Of a DNA stretch of 64,000 nucleotides, positions 8,570-18,643 are shown piece after piece. Made by a program: the position numbers and the translations under genes. Source of the DNA: Halarcobacter sp. (GTDB taxonomy: Bacteria > Campylobacterota > Campylobacteria > Campylobacterales > Arcobacteraceae); the NCBI GenBank assembly GCA_963676565.1, contig OY781089.1, positions 1,248,001 to 1,312,000 on the forward strand, given 5' to 3'. Every line of letters starts with the position of its first letter. The first letter of the stretch is position 1. The notes below the pieces were generated by a model. The model was not told the DNA's origin. It did no database searches and worked only from the letters and a program-made list of their open reading frames with translations.

Positions 8570-11557
8570 TTGAAAAATATATATGAATTTCTAAAGAATT
8601 TAAAAGATAATAAAGAGTTAAAAAGCTGCCAACTTTTACTTGTAAATGATGACAAACAAGCACAAGTTGCCAATGATATTATTTCATTTTTAGGGTTTGA
8701 ATCTTTTGTATTATCTGATTTTAGGGCAAATTTTGGTGATGACTTACTCTCTTTTAGTGAAGAGTTACAAAGTATTACTAAAACTCTAAATGATTATTAC
8801 TCTTATAAAAAAGAGAACAAAATCCTAATCTCACCAATTAGGACAGCATCTTTTCCTATGCCAAAGGATAGATGTTTTGATTCTTTTGAAATTTCATTTG
8901 CTGATACTTTAAAACTAGAAGAATTAAAAGATAAACTTCACAACTGGGGATACTATTTTGTTGATATAGTTACATCTGAAGCAGAGGTTTCAATAAGGGG
9001 AGATATCCTTGATATTTGCCCCCTTGGTAGTGAAAAAGGTTACAGGGTTTCACTTTTTGATGACGAGGTTGAATCAATTAGAGAGTTTGATATTGAAGAC
9101 CAAAAATCTTCAAAAGAGGAGATTGAATCTTTTAAAATAACCCCTGCCTTTTTAGCTTTAGATGAAGAAACTTTAGAAGAAATAAATGAGCAAATAGAAT
9201 TAGTTGAATCTGATGCTTTCATTAAAGATATACACTCTTTAGGTTTTTGGTATTTGGGAGAATTAGGTGAGTATTTACCACAAAAGTTAAACTCGTTTAT
9301 TACCCATGAAGCCTTAGATGAACTCAATGAAGTTTATGTTTTTGAAGATAAAAGATTAAACAAAGATAAGTTTTTAACTATCCCTCAAATTACATATTCA
9401 AAAGATTATCAGGAAATTGCTCCTGCTAATGTAAAAGAGTTTCTAAGCTTCCATGAGGGTAAAAAAGTAACTATTATCTCATCTTCTGAAGCAAAAGTAA
9501 AATCTTTTGATTTAGATCTTTCAAATGAAAAAATAAACTATGTATTTAATAATTCAATTATAAATTTAGTTTCAAATAGTGAAGTGATTATCTCATTAAA
9601 TAAAGAGATTAAAAAAAGAAGAAAAAAGAAAATTAAACTTGTGCTTGATGAACTACAAAATGGCGATTTTGTAGTTCATGAGAAACATGGTATTGGTCAG
9701 TACAAAGGGATAGAACCAGTTGTAGTTATGGGTGCAAAAAGAGATTTTGTAGTTGTAATGTATGCTGGCGATGACAAGCTTTTACTTCCAGTTGAAAATA
9801 TTGATTTAATAGATAGATATGTTGCAGATGGAAGCTCTTATGCTGTTGTTGATAAGCTTGGGAAAGGTAGCTTTGCCAAATTAAAAGAAAAAGTAAAAGA
9901 TAGACTTTTTGCCATAGCTAATGATATTATAAAAATAGCAGCTGCAAGGGAGCTTGTAAATGGTATCAAAATCAATACAGAAAAAAAGATTTTACAAGAT
10001 TTTCAAAATAGTGCAGGTTTCGAATATACAAAAGATCAAAAAAGAAGTGTTCGAGAGATTTTTGAAGATTTAAGTAGTGGTCGAGTAATGGATAGACTTT
10101 TAAGTGGTGATGTAGGTTTTGGTAAAACAGAAGTTGCTATGAATGCAATCCTTGCTACAGTTCTAGATGGTTATCAAGCTGTATTTGTTTGTCCAACTAC
10201 ACTTTTGGCATCACAACATTTCCATAGTATGCAAAAGAGGTTTAAAGATTTTGATATAAAAATGGCAAAACTTGATGGGCAATCAACAGCAAAAGAGAAA
10301 ACCCAAATTAAAAAAGATTTAGCAAGTGGAGAGTTGCAATTAGTTATAGGAACACACTCCCTACTTAGTGTAAAAACTCATAATTTAGCACTTGTGATAA
10401 TAGACGAAGAGCATAAATTTGGAGTAAAACAAAAAGAGAAATTAAAAGCATTAAGAGAAGATGTACATATCTTTTCTATGAGTGCAACCCCAATTCCTAG
10501 AACATTAAACTTAGCCCTTAGTAAATTAAAAGGTATGAGTTCACTTTTAACTCCTCCACAAGAAAGATTAGGGGTTAGAACCTATGTAAAAGAGTATAGT
10601 GATAAACTTATAAAAGAGATTATTTTAAGGGAAAAAAGAAGGGGTGGACAACTTTTTTATGTACACAATAATATAGCTTCAATAGATGCAAAAAAAGCAG
10701 ATATAGAAGAGATTGTACCAAATATAAAGATTGAAATAATTCACTCAAAAATAAAACCAGCAGATGCTGAAAAAATTGTTGAAAAATTTGACAATAAAGA
10801 GTTTGATATTCTTTTAGCTACTTCTATTGTAGAGTCTGGTCTTCACCTTCCAAATGCAAACTCAATAATAATTGATGGAGCAGATAGATTTGGTATTGCA
10901 GATTTACACCAATTAAGAGGAAGAGTTGGAAGAAGTGATAAAGAGGGCTTTTGTTATTATGTAGTTGAAGATAAAAAGAAAATTACAAATGATGCTATAA
11001 AAAGACTTGTTGCATTGGAATCAAACTCATATTTAGGAAGTGGTACAGCTTTAGCCCATCAAGATTTAGAAATTAGAGGTGGGGGAAATATTATTGGTGA
11101 AGCTCAAAGTGGTCATATCAAACAAATTGGTTATGGCTTATATCTTAAGATGTTAGAAGATGCACTTGCAACCCTTAGTGGAGATACAAAAGAGGAAGCT
11201 AAAGCCGTTGATATTAAACTAGCAATTTCAGCATATATTAGTAGTGATTATATAGTTGAAGATAGAGTAAGACTTGAACTTTATAGAAGACTTTCAAAAT
11301 GTAAAGGAAAAGATGAAGTTTATGTTATAGAAGAAGAGATGGAGGATAGATTTGGAAAACCTGATACTCCAACAAAACAGTTCTTAGAACTTATTATTAT
11401 AAAAATCCTTGCCATTGCAAAAGGGATTAAGACAATTAGTTCATATGAGATGAATATCACTTTTACAAAATCTGATGATATAAAAGAGACAATAAAAAGT
11501 TCTAGTAAAGACGATGATGATATTATCTCTTCCACTTTACAGTATTTAAGAAAGTAA
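8570..11557 (+). CDS. mfd: Transcription-repair coupling factor
   Basis: CarD-like domain, MDRLLSGDVGFGKT, DEEH, SATPIPRT, QLRGRVGR, TRCF C-terminus. Confidence 0.97.
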   Translation: MKNIYEFLKNLKDNKELKSCQLLLVNDDKQAQVANDIISFLGFESFVLSDFRANFGDDLLSFSEELQSITKTLNDYYSYKKENKILISPIRTASFPMPKDRCFDSFEISFADTLKLEELKDKLHNWGYYFVDIVTSEAEVSIRGDILDICPLGSEKGYRVSLFDDEVESIREFDIEDQKSSKEEIESFKITPAFLALDEETLEEINEQIELVESDAFIKDIHSLGFWYLGELGEYLPQKLNSFITHEALDELNEVYVFEDKRLNKDKFLTIPQITYSKDYQEIAPANVKEFLSFHEGKKVTIISSSEAKVKSFDLDLSNEKINYVFNNSIINLVSNSEVIISLNKEIKKRRKKKIKLVLDELQNGDFVVHEKHGIGQYKGIEPVVVMGAKRDFVVVMYAGDDKLLLPVENIDLIDRYVADGSSYAVVDKLGKGSFAKLKEKVKDRLFAIANDIIKIAAARELVNGIKINTEKKILQDFQNSAGFEYTKDQKRSVREIFEDLSSGRVMDRLLSGDVGFGKTEVAMNAILATVLDGYQAVFVCPTTLLASQHFHSMQKRFKDFDIKMAKLDGQSTAKEKTQIKKDLASGELQLVIGTHSLLSVKTHNLALVIIDEEHKFGVKQKEKLKALREDVHIFSMSATPIPRTLNLALSKLKGMSSLLTPPQERLGVRTYVKEYSDKLIKEIILREKRRGGQLFYVHNNIASIDAKKADIEEIVPNIKIEIIHSKIKPADAEKIVEKFDNKEFDILLATSIVESGLHLPNANSIIIDGADRFGIADLHQLRGRVGRSDKEGFCYYVVEDKKKITNDAIKRLVALESNSYLGSGTALAHQDLEIRGGGNIIGEAQSGHIKQIGYGLYLKMLEDALATLSGDTKEEAKAVDIKLAISAYISSDYIVEDRVRLELYRRLSKCKGKDEVYVIEEEMEDRFGKPDTPTKQFLELIIIKILAIAKGIKTISSYEMNITFTKSDDIKETIKSSSKDDDDIISSTLQYLRK

Positions 11558-11662
11558 TAATTAATTATTTCCTTAAGTTATACCACTTTTTAATATGGTA
11601 TAATCGTGACACTTATAAATCTAAATACAGTTTTATTCTATTTGTAAAAGGGAAGGGGTACA

Positions 11663-14647
11663 ATGAAAATAAGGCTTTTGTTTCTATTCGTACTATCTTC
11701 AATTATAATTGTAGTATTAACTTTTTTTTATATTGAGTATGACAAAAATAGACAACTTAAAAAAGTTACAAAAGATTATGTTAAAGCATATAACACAGTA
11801 TATAATGACCAAAAAGAATTAAGCTATGTAATATTAAAAAACTTTTTAGACTTAGGACATATACGAAATAGACTTTATGATTTTGACAAATTACCTAAAA
11901 ATATGCAAGATTATATAAGAAAGGTAACTTATAAAGAGTTAGAAAATAGATACAATGAGTTTAAGTTCTTAGGTATTAGACAAGTTCATATTCATCTTCC
12001 TGATAATACAAGTTTTTTAAGAATGCATTTTCCTTCAAAATATGGAGATAATTTAACAGGTATAAGACCAACTGTTGAGTATGTAAATAAAAATAAAAAA
12101 CCCATTGATACCTTTGAAGAAGGTCGTGTTCAATATGGCTTAAGATTTGTGTATCCAGTTTTTAGAGATCAAGAACATGTTGGAAGTATTGAAATCTCAT
12201 TTGGTGCTTATGCTCTTATCTCAAAGCTAATAAATGAATATGGTGTTTTAAGTAATTTTTTCATTAAAAAATCAATAGTTCATGATAAAACCTTTGACTT
12301 TTCTGCTACTAGATATATAAGTTCACAACATGAAGATTATTATTTAGATAAAGAGATAGTTGATAAACTAAAAGAGGTTTCAAAAGTAAACTATGTAAAA
12401 CTTCTCCCTTCCAAAAAGATAATAAATCAAATTAGAGAAATTGGTTCAGGAGACAAACCCTCATCTATATATGTTGAATCTTTTAATTCAATTATTACCG
12501 TAATTCCAATATTTAATAAGTTGACAAAGGAAAATGTAGCTTTTATAACAATCAGAAGTAATGATACAGTTATAAAAAGTTCTACGATTTATGCTTATAT
12601 AACTATGATTGGGACAATTTTTTCCCTTGCTTTAATTACATATATCTTTTTTATTATTAGTTCTAAGGAAAGATTGTTTAAATCTATGCTTAAGTATTCA
12701 AGTGAAGAGGTTTTTATATTAGATTTAGATGGTAATTTAATTGATTGCTCTTTGAAAGCAGCTAAGAAATTAGGTTACTCAATGGATACTATGAAAACTT
12801 TAAATGTAAGCCATTGGGATAAAGATATGTCCATAGAAGATTTTAAAAAAGTTGCAGAAACATTAGGGGAAGAGCCTAAAACTTTTAGAAAGATATTTAC
12901 AAAAAGAAATGGGTTTACCTATGATGCAGAGATAAGTACAAATTTATTTGATATTGATGGAAAAAAAGTAATCTATTCTTCTGTTAGAGATATCTCTGAA
13001 CAAAATAGAATATTAGAGGTTTTAGATTATGAACGAAACAAGTATAGAAATATATTAGAGCTCTCTTCAGATGGTATCCATATTCTTGATAGAGAAGGAA
13101 GATTAGTAGAGTTCTCAAAAACCTTTGCCCAAAACCTTGGATATACAAGTGAAGAGTTAAAAGAGCTTAGTGTTTTTGATTGGGATGTTGGACTTTCTTA
13201 TGATGAGTTAGTTAAAAGAACAAAAGACTTAATAGAAAATCCTGATACCTTTGAAACAAAACATATAAGAAAAGATGGTTCAGTTTTTGATGTTCAAATC
13301 TCCGCTAAGGATATTGAAATTGAAGGGGAACATTATCTTTATGCTTCCCAGCGAGACATAAGTGTATTAAAAAATAAAGAAAAAGAGATTAATGATATAA
13401 ATAAAAAACAAAAATCTTTACTCTCTTTATTTGAGAAGGGTGATTCTGTTTTATTTAAGTGGAAAAATGATGATACTTGGACAACTGAGTATGTATCTTC
13501 AAATGTAAAAAATCTTTTAGGATTTCCAAAAGAGGAGTTTTTGTCTGGGAAGGTTAAATATATTGGTTGTATCCATGAAGATGATTTTAAAAAGCTTAAA
13601 AATGAAGTTGATTCTAGTATTAGAAAAAATAAAGACTTTTTTAAACATTCTCCTTATAGGATTATTACAAAAGAGGGGAAAATAAAATGGATATTAGATT
13701 ATACAGTTACAGAAAAAAATAGCAATGGTGAAATAGAGTACTTTATTAGTTATTTAATAGATATTTCTGAACATGAAAATCTTATGTCAAATCTTGAAAA
13801 ATTTGTTGATGCTCAAGAAAACTTAATCATCCTAAGTAATGGTGAAGAAATATCATATGCAAATAAAAAGTTTTTTGACTTTTTTGGCTTTAGTGATTTG
13901 GATAACTTCCACAAAAATCATAATTGTGTATGCGAAAGATTCTTAGAAAATGAGAAATTTTTCCATCCAGGGAAAATTGAAGCTTCTCAAAAATGGATTG
14001 AAGAAATAGAAAAATTACCTGACAATAAAAAAGTTGTCTCTATGTTAAGTAAAAATCTTGAAGTTCATGCCTTTTTTGTAAATGTAAATAAATTTGATGA
14101 AAATCTTTTAATTGTAAGTTTTACTGATATTACCCAAACTATGATAGAGCAAATTGCCCTTGAAGAGAAAATTGTTCATGACCAGTTAACTGGCGCATAC
14201 AATAGAGAATATTTTGAAAAAAATTACAAATTACTTTTACAAAAATATAAAAAAGATGGCTTACTTGCCTTGGCTTTTTTAGATATTGATTACTTTAAAA
14301 AAGTAAATGATATGTTTGGACATGATATTGGGGATAAGGTTTTAATTAAATTTGTTGAAACTATAAATAAACACTCTAGAGAATACGATATCTTAATTAG
14401 ATGGGGTGGTGAGGAGTTTATTTTAATACTAAAACTAAATAAAGAAGAAGACTTATTTAGAATCTTAGATAAATTAAGAAAAATTATTGAAACAACTTAT
14501 TTCCCTCAAGTTGATACTATGACTTGTTCAATGGGTGCAACTATTCATAAAGATAATGAAAGTATCTATAAAACAATTAAAAGAGCAGACAAAGCAGTTT
14601 ATGATGCAAAAGCTCAAGGAAGAAATAAAGTTATTATTGATATTTAA
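11663..14647 (+). CDS. Membrane sensor diguanylate cyclase (Cache-like, several PAS, GGDEF)
   Basis: Two TM segments, PAS repeats, D.LTG.YNR, DID.FK.VND.FGH, RWGGEEF with RxxD (REYD) I-site. Confidence 0.92.
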   Translation: MKIRLLFLFVLSSIIIVVLTFFYIEYDKNRQLKKVTKDYVKAYNTVYNDQKELSYVILKNFLDLGHIRNRLYDFDKLPKNMQDYIRKVTYKELENRYNEFKFLGIRQVHIHLPDNTSFLRMHFPSKYGDNLTGIRPTVEYVNKNKKPIDTFEEGRVQYGLRFVYPVFRDQEHVGSIEISFGAYALISKLINEYGVLSNFFIKKSIVHDKTFDFSATRYISSQHEDYYLDKEIVDKLKEVSKVNYVKLLPSKKIINQIREIGSGDKPSSIYVESFNSIITVIPIFNKLTKENVAFITIRSNDTVIKSSTIYAYITMIGTIFSLALITYIFFIISSKERLFKSMLKYSSEEVFILDLDGNLIDCSLKAAKKLGYSMDTMKTLNVSHWDKDMSIEDFKKVAETLGEEPKTFRKIFTKRNGFTYDAEISTNLFDIDGKKVIYSSVRDISEQNRILEVLDYERNKYRNILELSSDGIHILDREGRLVEFSKTFAQNLGYTSEELKELSVFDWDVGLSYDELVKRTKDLIENPDTFETKHIRKDGSVFDVQISAKDIEIEGEHYLYASQRDISVLKNKEKEINDINKKQKSLLSLFEKGDSVLFKWKNDDTWTTEYVSSNVKNLLGFPKEEFLSGKVKYIGCIHEDDFKKLKNEVDSSIRKNKDFFKHSPYRIITKEGKIKWILDYTVTEKNSNGEIEYFISYLIDISEHENLMSNLEKFVDAQENLIILSNGEEISYANKKFFDFFGFSDLDNFHKNHNCVCERFLENEKFFHPGKIEASQKWIEEIEKLPDNKKVVSMLSKNLEVHAFFVNVNKFDENLLIVSFTDITQTMIEQIALEEKIVHDQLTGAYNREYFEKNYKLLLQKYKKDGLLALAFLDIDYFKKVNDMFGHDIGDKVLIKFVETINKHSREYDILIRWGGEEFILILKLNKEEDLFRILDKLRKIIETTYFPQVDTMTCSMGATIHKDNESIYKTIKRADKAVYDAKAQGRNKVIIDI

Positions 14648-14667
14648 AGAGTATTGTTAATATCAAA

Positions 14668-14982
14668 TTAACAACACTCTTGTTCACATTTATTTAGGGC
14701 ATTAAGTCCTTGTTCATCTTCAGCTTTTTCAAATAGCTCATCTAAATAAAAACTATTAGAACAAACCAAATAAAGTAAAGCCTCTTTTTCATCATCCTTT
14801 GGGTCTCTAGTATAATAAGCTTTTGGAATCATAGGAATTACTTTTTTCCAATAAATATTCATATTCTTTGGATTTTCTAATACCCTTAACATATTGTCAA
14901 TTACTACACAAGCATTTTCAAAACAGTCTATGTTTTTAAAACTTATATAACTTTCATCAACTCTTATTTGATTGTTTGACAT
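14668..14982 (-). CDS. cowN: CowN-like N2-fixation sustaining (CO protection) protein
   Basis: YISFKNIDC near N-terminus and C-terminal EQECC match my recollection of CowN; ATG 14982 with AAGGAG RBS. Confidence 0.72.
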   Translation of the reverse strand: MSNNQIRVDESYISFKNIDCFENACVVIDNMLRVLENPKNMNIYWKKVIPMIPKAYYTRDPKDDEKEALLYLVCSNSFYLDELFEKAEDEQGLNALNKCEQECC

Positions 14983-15086
14983 CACTTCTCCTTGTTATAT
15001 TTATATACAATTATATATTTCTATGTGTATATTTACTATGTTATAATATGAATAATTAGTGACATTTTACGAAAATTGTAGGAAAT

Positions 15087-16091
15087 ATGGCAGAGGTATC
15101 AAGTTTAACTTTTCATTATGTATTAAAATCTTTAGAAAAAATAACAACTATAAAAATTGAGGAGATGCTTCATATAGCTGATATTTCATCTGAAGTTATA
15201 TCAAGTCATGAAAGTAAAATTGATAGTAATAAATTATCATTGATTTTTAGATATTGTGCCAAAAAATCAAATAATCCATATCTAGCTTTACATATAGGTC
15301 AAGCAAGTTCATATCAATCATTAGGGATTTTAGGTTATTTGCTTCTAAATACAAAAAACTTAAAAGAGATAATTGAAAAATTTAATACATACCAAAGATT
15401 AATAAGTGGATATTTCAAGTTTCATTTTAATGATGATGGAACATATTATAAGTTAGCAATTTATATAAATGAAAATCCAATGATACCAGTTCCTAGTTTT
15501 CATGCTCAGGTTCATCTATCTTCACTTGTTTCAATTCTTTCACAAATATTAGGTGAAAAAGTTATCCCTGATTTTACTTGTTTTTCTCAAAAAGAGGAAA
15601 AAAATCTTCATGAGTATAGAAAAATATTTGGAAATAATATTTGCTTTGAAAAGCAAGAAAATGCAATTTTCTTTAAAAAAGATAGATTAGATATCCCTGT
15701 AAAAAACTCAAATGCCTCTATGTTAGAGTATTTTGAAAAACAAGCAAATAAAATCTTAGATGAACAAAAACAAGAATCCTGGTATTTTAAAGTTGAAAAG
15801 GAGATATTTAAAAATATTGGTGTAAATGATATCACAATTGATATGATCTCAAAAAATTTAAATGTTACACCAAGAACTTTACAAAATTATTTAAAAGCAG
15901 AATCAAAAACTTTTCGAAAAGCTTTAGATAGTATTAGACAAAAACTAGCAAATCATTATATAAATAATACAAAAATGGACTTAGGAACAATCTCTATCTT
16001 TTTAGGATATAGTGAACCAAGTTCTTTTTTTAGAGCTTATAAAAGATGGAATAAAAAAACTCCAAAGCAAAGCAAAATAGCATCTTGTTAA
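15087..16091 (+). CDS. AraC family transcriptional regulator
   Basis: LGILGYLL N-terminal ligand domain; C-terminal HTH TPRTLQ...LGYSEPSSFFRAYKRW..KTP. Confidence 0.92.
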   Translation: MAEVSSLTFHYVLKSLEKITTIKIEEMLHIADISSEVISSHESKIDSNKLSLIFRYCAKKSNNPYLALHIGQASSYQSLGILGYLLLNTKNLKEIIEKFNTYQRLISGYFKFHFNDDGTYYKLAIYINENPMIPVPSFHAQVHLSSLVSILSQILGEKVIPDFTCFSQKEEKNLHEYRKIFGNNICFEKQENAIFFKKDRLDIPVKNSNASMLEYFEKQANKILDEQKQESWYFKVEKEIFKNIGVNDITIDMISKNLNVTPRTLQNYLKAESKTFRKALDSIRQKLANHYINNTKMDLGTISIFLGYSEPSSFFRAYKRWNKKTPKQSKIASC

Positions 16092-16141
16092 AATTACGTT
16101 AATATAGAATTAAAATACCATTAAAAGCTTAGTGTCATAAT
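16088..16141 (+). promoter_or_regulatory. Four TTAA(A/T)A direct repeats at 11-bp period followed by extended -10 (TGtCATAAT)
   Basis: Repeats start at 16088, 16099, 16110, 16121; -10 at 16136-16141. Confidence 0.5.
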
Positions 16142-16171
16142 TTCATTGTAAGAAATAAAAAAGGATTTACA

Positions 16172-16723
16172 ATGAAAAGAAAAATTTTAGCAACGGTAGC
16201 TTTAACTACTTTATTAGGAACAGGACTTTACTCAGCAGGATGTAACTTTCAAGGCCAAAATATGCAAGGAATGTATGGAATGCAAGGTCAAGGTCAAGGT
16301 ATGAAAGGTATGAATAATATGCAAGGTATTAAAGGGATGAAAGGAAATAAATCTTGCGGTATGTCAAAAAAAGGTTCAAAAGGTTCAAGAAATTCTGTTA
16401 TGAATATTTTTAAAAAATTAAATCTATCTCCAGACCAATATATGAAAATGGCACAAATTAGACAAGAAGTATTTAAAAAATATGCAACTTTTACTAATGT
16501 AGCTTTTACAAAAGATTCATTTGATAAAGCAAAATATATTGAAATAATGAAACAAAAAAGAGATAATATGATAGAATCAAAAGCTGAAATGGTAGAAAAA
16601 TCATATGCATTATTAACTCCTGAGCAAAAAGAGCAATTTAAAGTTCTTTTAGATTTAAGAGAGGAAAGAAGAAGCACAATGATGCAAAATAGACCGTATA
16701 TGAAAAAAGGAATGAATTTTTGA
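16172..16723 (+). CDS. Spy/CpxP family periplasmic protein
   Basis: Signal peptide, Gly/Met-rich linker, LNLSPDQ and LLTPEQ (LTxxQ) motifs. Confidence 0.8.
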   Translation: MKRKILATVALTTLLGTGLYSAGCNFQGQNMQGMYGMQGQGQGMKGMNNMQGIKGMKGNKSCGMSKKGSKGSRNSVMNIFKKLNLSPDQYMKMAQIRQEVFKKYATFTNVAFTKDSFDKAKYIEIMKQKRDNMIESKAEMVEKSYALLTPEQKEQFKVLLDLREERRSTMMQNRPYMKKGMNF

Positions 16724-17409
16724 TAAAAATTGCAATGGTTGAAGATGATTTAGAACTTGCAGATGTTTTAACTCAATACTTAAAGCAATACAATATTGAA
16801 GTAACAAACTATGAGGAGCCTTTCTTGGCTCTTAGTAGTTTGAAGTTCAATAAATATGATTTGATTATATTAGATCTAACTCTTCCAGGAATGGATGGGC
16901 TTGATGTTTGTAAACTTATTGTAAAAGATTATGATATACCAATAATCATTTCAAGTGCAAGAAGTGATATAACTGATAAAGTAACAGCACTTCAATTAGG
17001 TGCTGATGATTATCTTCCAAAACCTTATGATCCAAGGGAGTTAGAGGTAAGAATTAAAACGATTCTTAGAAGATTTAATTCAAATCATGAAGATTCAGCT
17101 TCTCCCCAAGAAAAAGTAAAATTATTTAATTTAGATATTGAAAAAAGAGAAATTACAAAAAATGGAGAATATCTTAAGCTAACTGCTGCAGAGTATGAGG
17201 TTTTATCTTTAATGTTAAAAAGAGAGGGTTTTATAATAAGCCGAGAAGAGATTTTTGATAATGCAGATTTACTAAATTCAGACTTTGAAAGTTCAGGTTC
17301 TCTAGCTGTTATTATAAATAGAATAAGACATAAAATAGAAAATAACCCAAAAGAACCTAAATATTTACATACAATAAGAGGAATGGGGTATAAATTTACA
17401 AATGAATAG
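16720..17409 (+). CDS. OmpR-family response regulator
   Basis: VEDD, LDLTLPGMDG, GADDYLPKP, winged helix TIRGMGY. Confidence 0.95.
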   Translation: MIKIAMVEDDLELADVLTQYLKQYNIEVTNYEEPFLALSSLKFNKYDLIILDLTLPGMDGLDVCKLIVKDYDIPIIISSARSDITDKVTALQLGADDYLPKPYDPRELEVRIKTILRRFNSNHEDSASPQEKVKLFNLDIEKREITKNGEYLKLTAAEYEVLSLMLKREGFIISREEIFDNADLLNSDFESSGSLAVIINRIRHKIENNPKEPKYLHTIRGMGYKFTNE

Positions 17410-18643
17410 ACAATCGATATTTTTTACCCTGACAATAAGTTTTTTAATAAGTATTATTTTAGTTGTTATAAGTTTTGGAATTTTGATGATAGGAAACCAA
17501 AAAAGATTGGACCATCATCTAGTAGACAAATATAGACCTCTTACAAAAATGCTTATGAGAAAAGAGTTTAGACAAGGTGGTTTAGATGAATTATTCGCAC
17601 AAGATTTAAAAAGATTTAATTATCTTCTATATTTAGACCAAAATAAAATTAATGCAATAACATATAATCCAAAAACAAAAGTAATCGCACAAAGACAATT
17701 TAATGATATATTATTTAGAGTATTACAATTAAACGACAAACAGTTTTTATATTTAAAAAAGAATAACAAAACTTTTTTTGTAGAAGATAAAAATGAGATT
17801 ACCAAAACTTCTAAAACATATATAATTTTAGGATTTGTGATAATCTTATTAACCTTGATTCTTTCATTTATTGTTACACTTAGAAAATTGATGCCATTAA
17901 AACTTTTAAAAGAAAAAGTTAACACCTTAGGTGATGAAAATTTTGATTTTGAATGTTGTAATATGGATGGTAAAGATGAGGTTTCACAGCTTGCTAGAGA
18001 GTTTAAAAATAGTGCAAAAAAACTTAAAGATATAAAAGAAGCTAGAAATGTATTTATTAGAAATATTATGCATGAACTTAAAACACCTATTACCAAAGGG
18101 AAGTTTTTAGCAGAACTTGAAAAAAGCCAAGAAAATGATGAAAAATTAAAAGAGGTTTTCAATAGACTAGAAGCTTTAATCAACGAGTTTGCTTCAATTG
18201 AAGAATTAATTTCTTCGAATAAAAATATTGATAAAAAACACTATTTTTTAAATGATATTATGGACAATGTAAAAGATATTTTGATGATTGAAGACGAGGA
18301 GATTATAAGTTCATATGATAATAAAAAATATGAAGTTAATTTTAAACTATTTTCAATAGCAGTTAAAAATTTAATCGATAATGCCATTAAATATAGTGAT
18401 GATAAAAAAGTAGAAGTAAAAACTGATGGGAACGATATCTTATTTATAAACAGTGGTAAAGAGCTTGAATATGAGCTTGAACAGTATTATGAACCATTCT
18501 TTGCAAATGAAGAAAAAAGAAAAAACTCTTTTGGTTTAGGTTTATATATTATCCATAATATTTTAAAAGCAAATGGATATACACTGTTTTATGAATACAA
18601 AGATGGGAAAAATATCTTCATATGCAAAAAGGATGAAGAATAA
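17402..18643 (+). CDS. Sensor histidine kinase (ArsS-like)
   Basis: Two TM, HAMP, HELKTPI H-box, NLIDNAIKY N-box, GLGLYI. Confidence 0.93.
   Translation: MNRQSIFFTLTISFLISIILVVISFGILMIGNQKRLDHHLVDKYRPLTKMLMRKEFRQGGLDELFAQDLKRFNYLLYLDQNKINAITYNPKTKVIAQRQFNDILFRVLQLNDKQFLYLKKNNKTFFVEDKNEITKTSKTYIILGFVIILLTLILSFIVTLRKLMPLKLLKEKVNTLGDENFDFECCNMDGKDEVSQLAREFKNSAKKLKDIKEARNVFIRNIMHELKTPITKGKFLAELEKSQENDEKLKEVFNRLEALINEFASIEELISSNKNIDKKHYFLNDIMDNVKDILMIEDEEIISSYDNKKYEVNFKLFSIAVKNLIDNAIKYSDDKKVEVKTDGNDILFINSGKELEYELEQYYEPFFANEEKRKNSFGLGLYIIHNILKANGYTLFYEYKDGKNIFICKKDEE

Noticed and set aside
14986..15086. NifA/sigma54 control of the cowN-like gene
   Set aside because: Only a TGT-N11-ACA (not N10) and no GG-N10-GC promoter were found.
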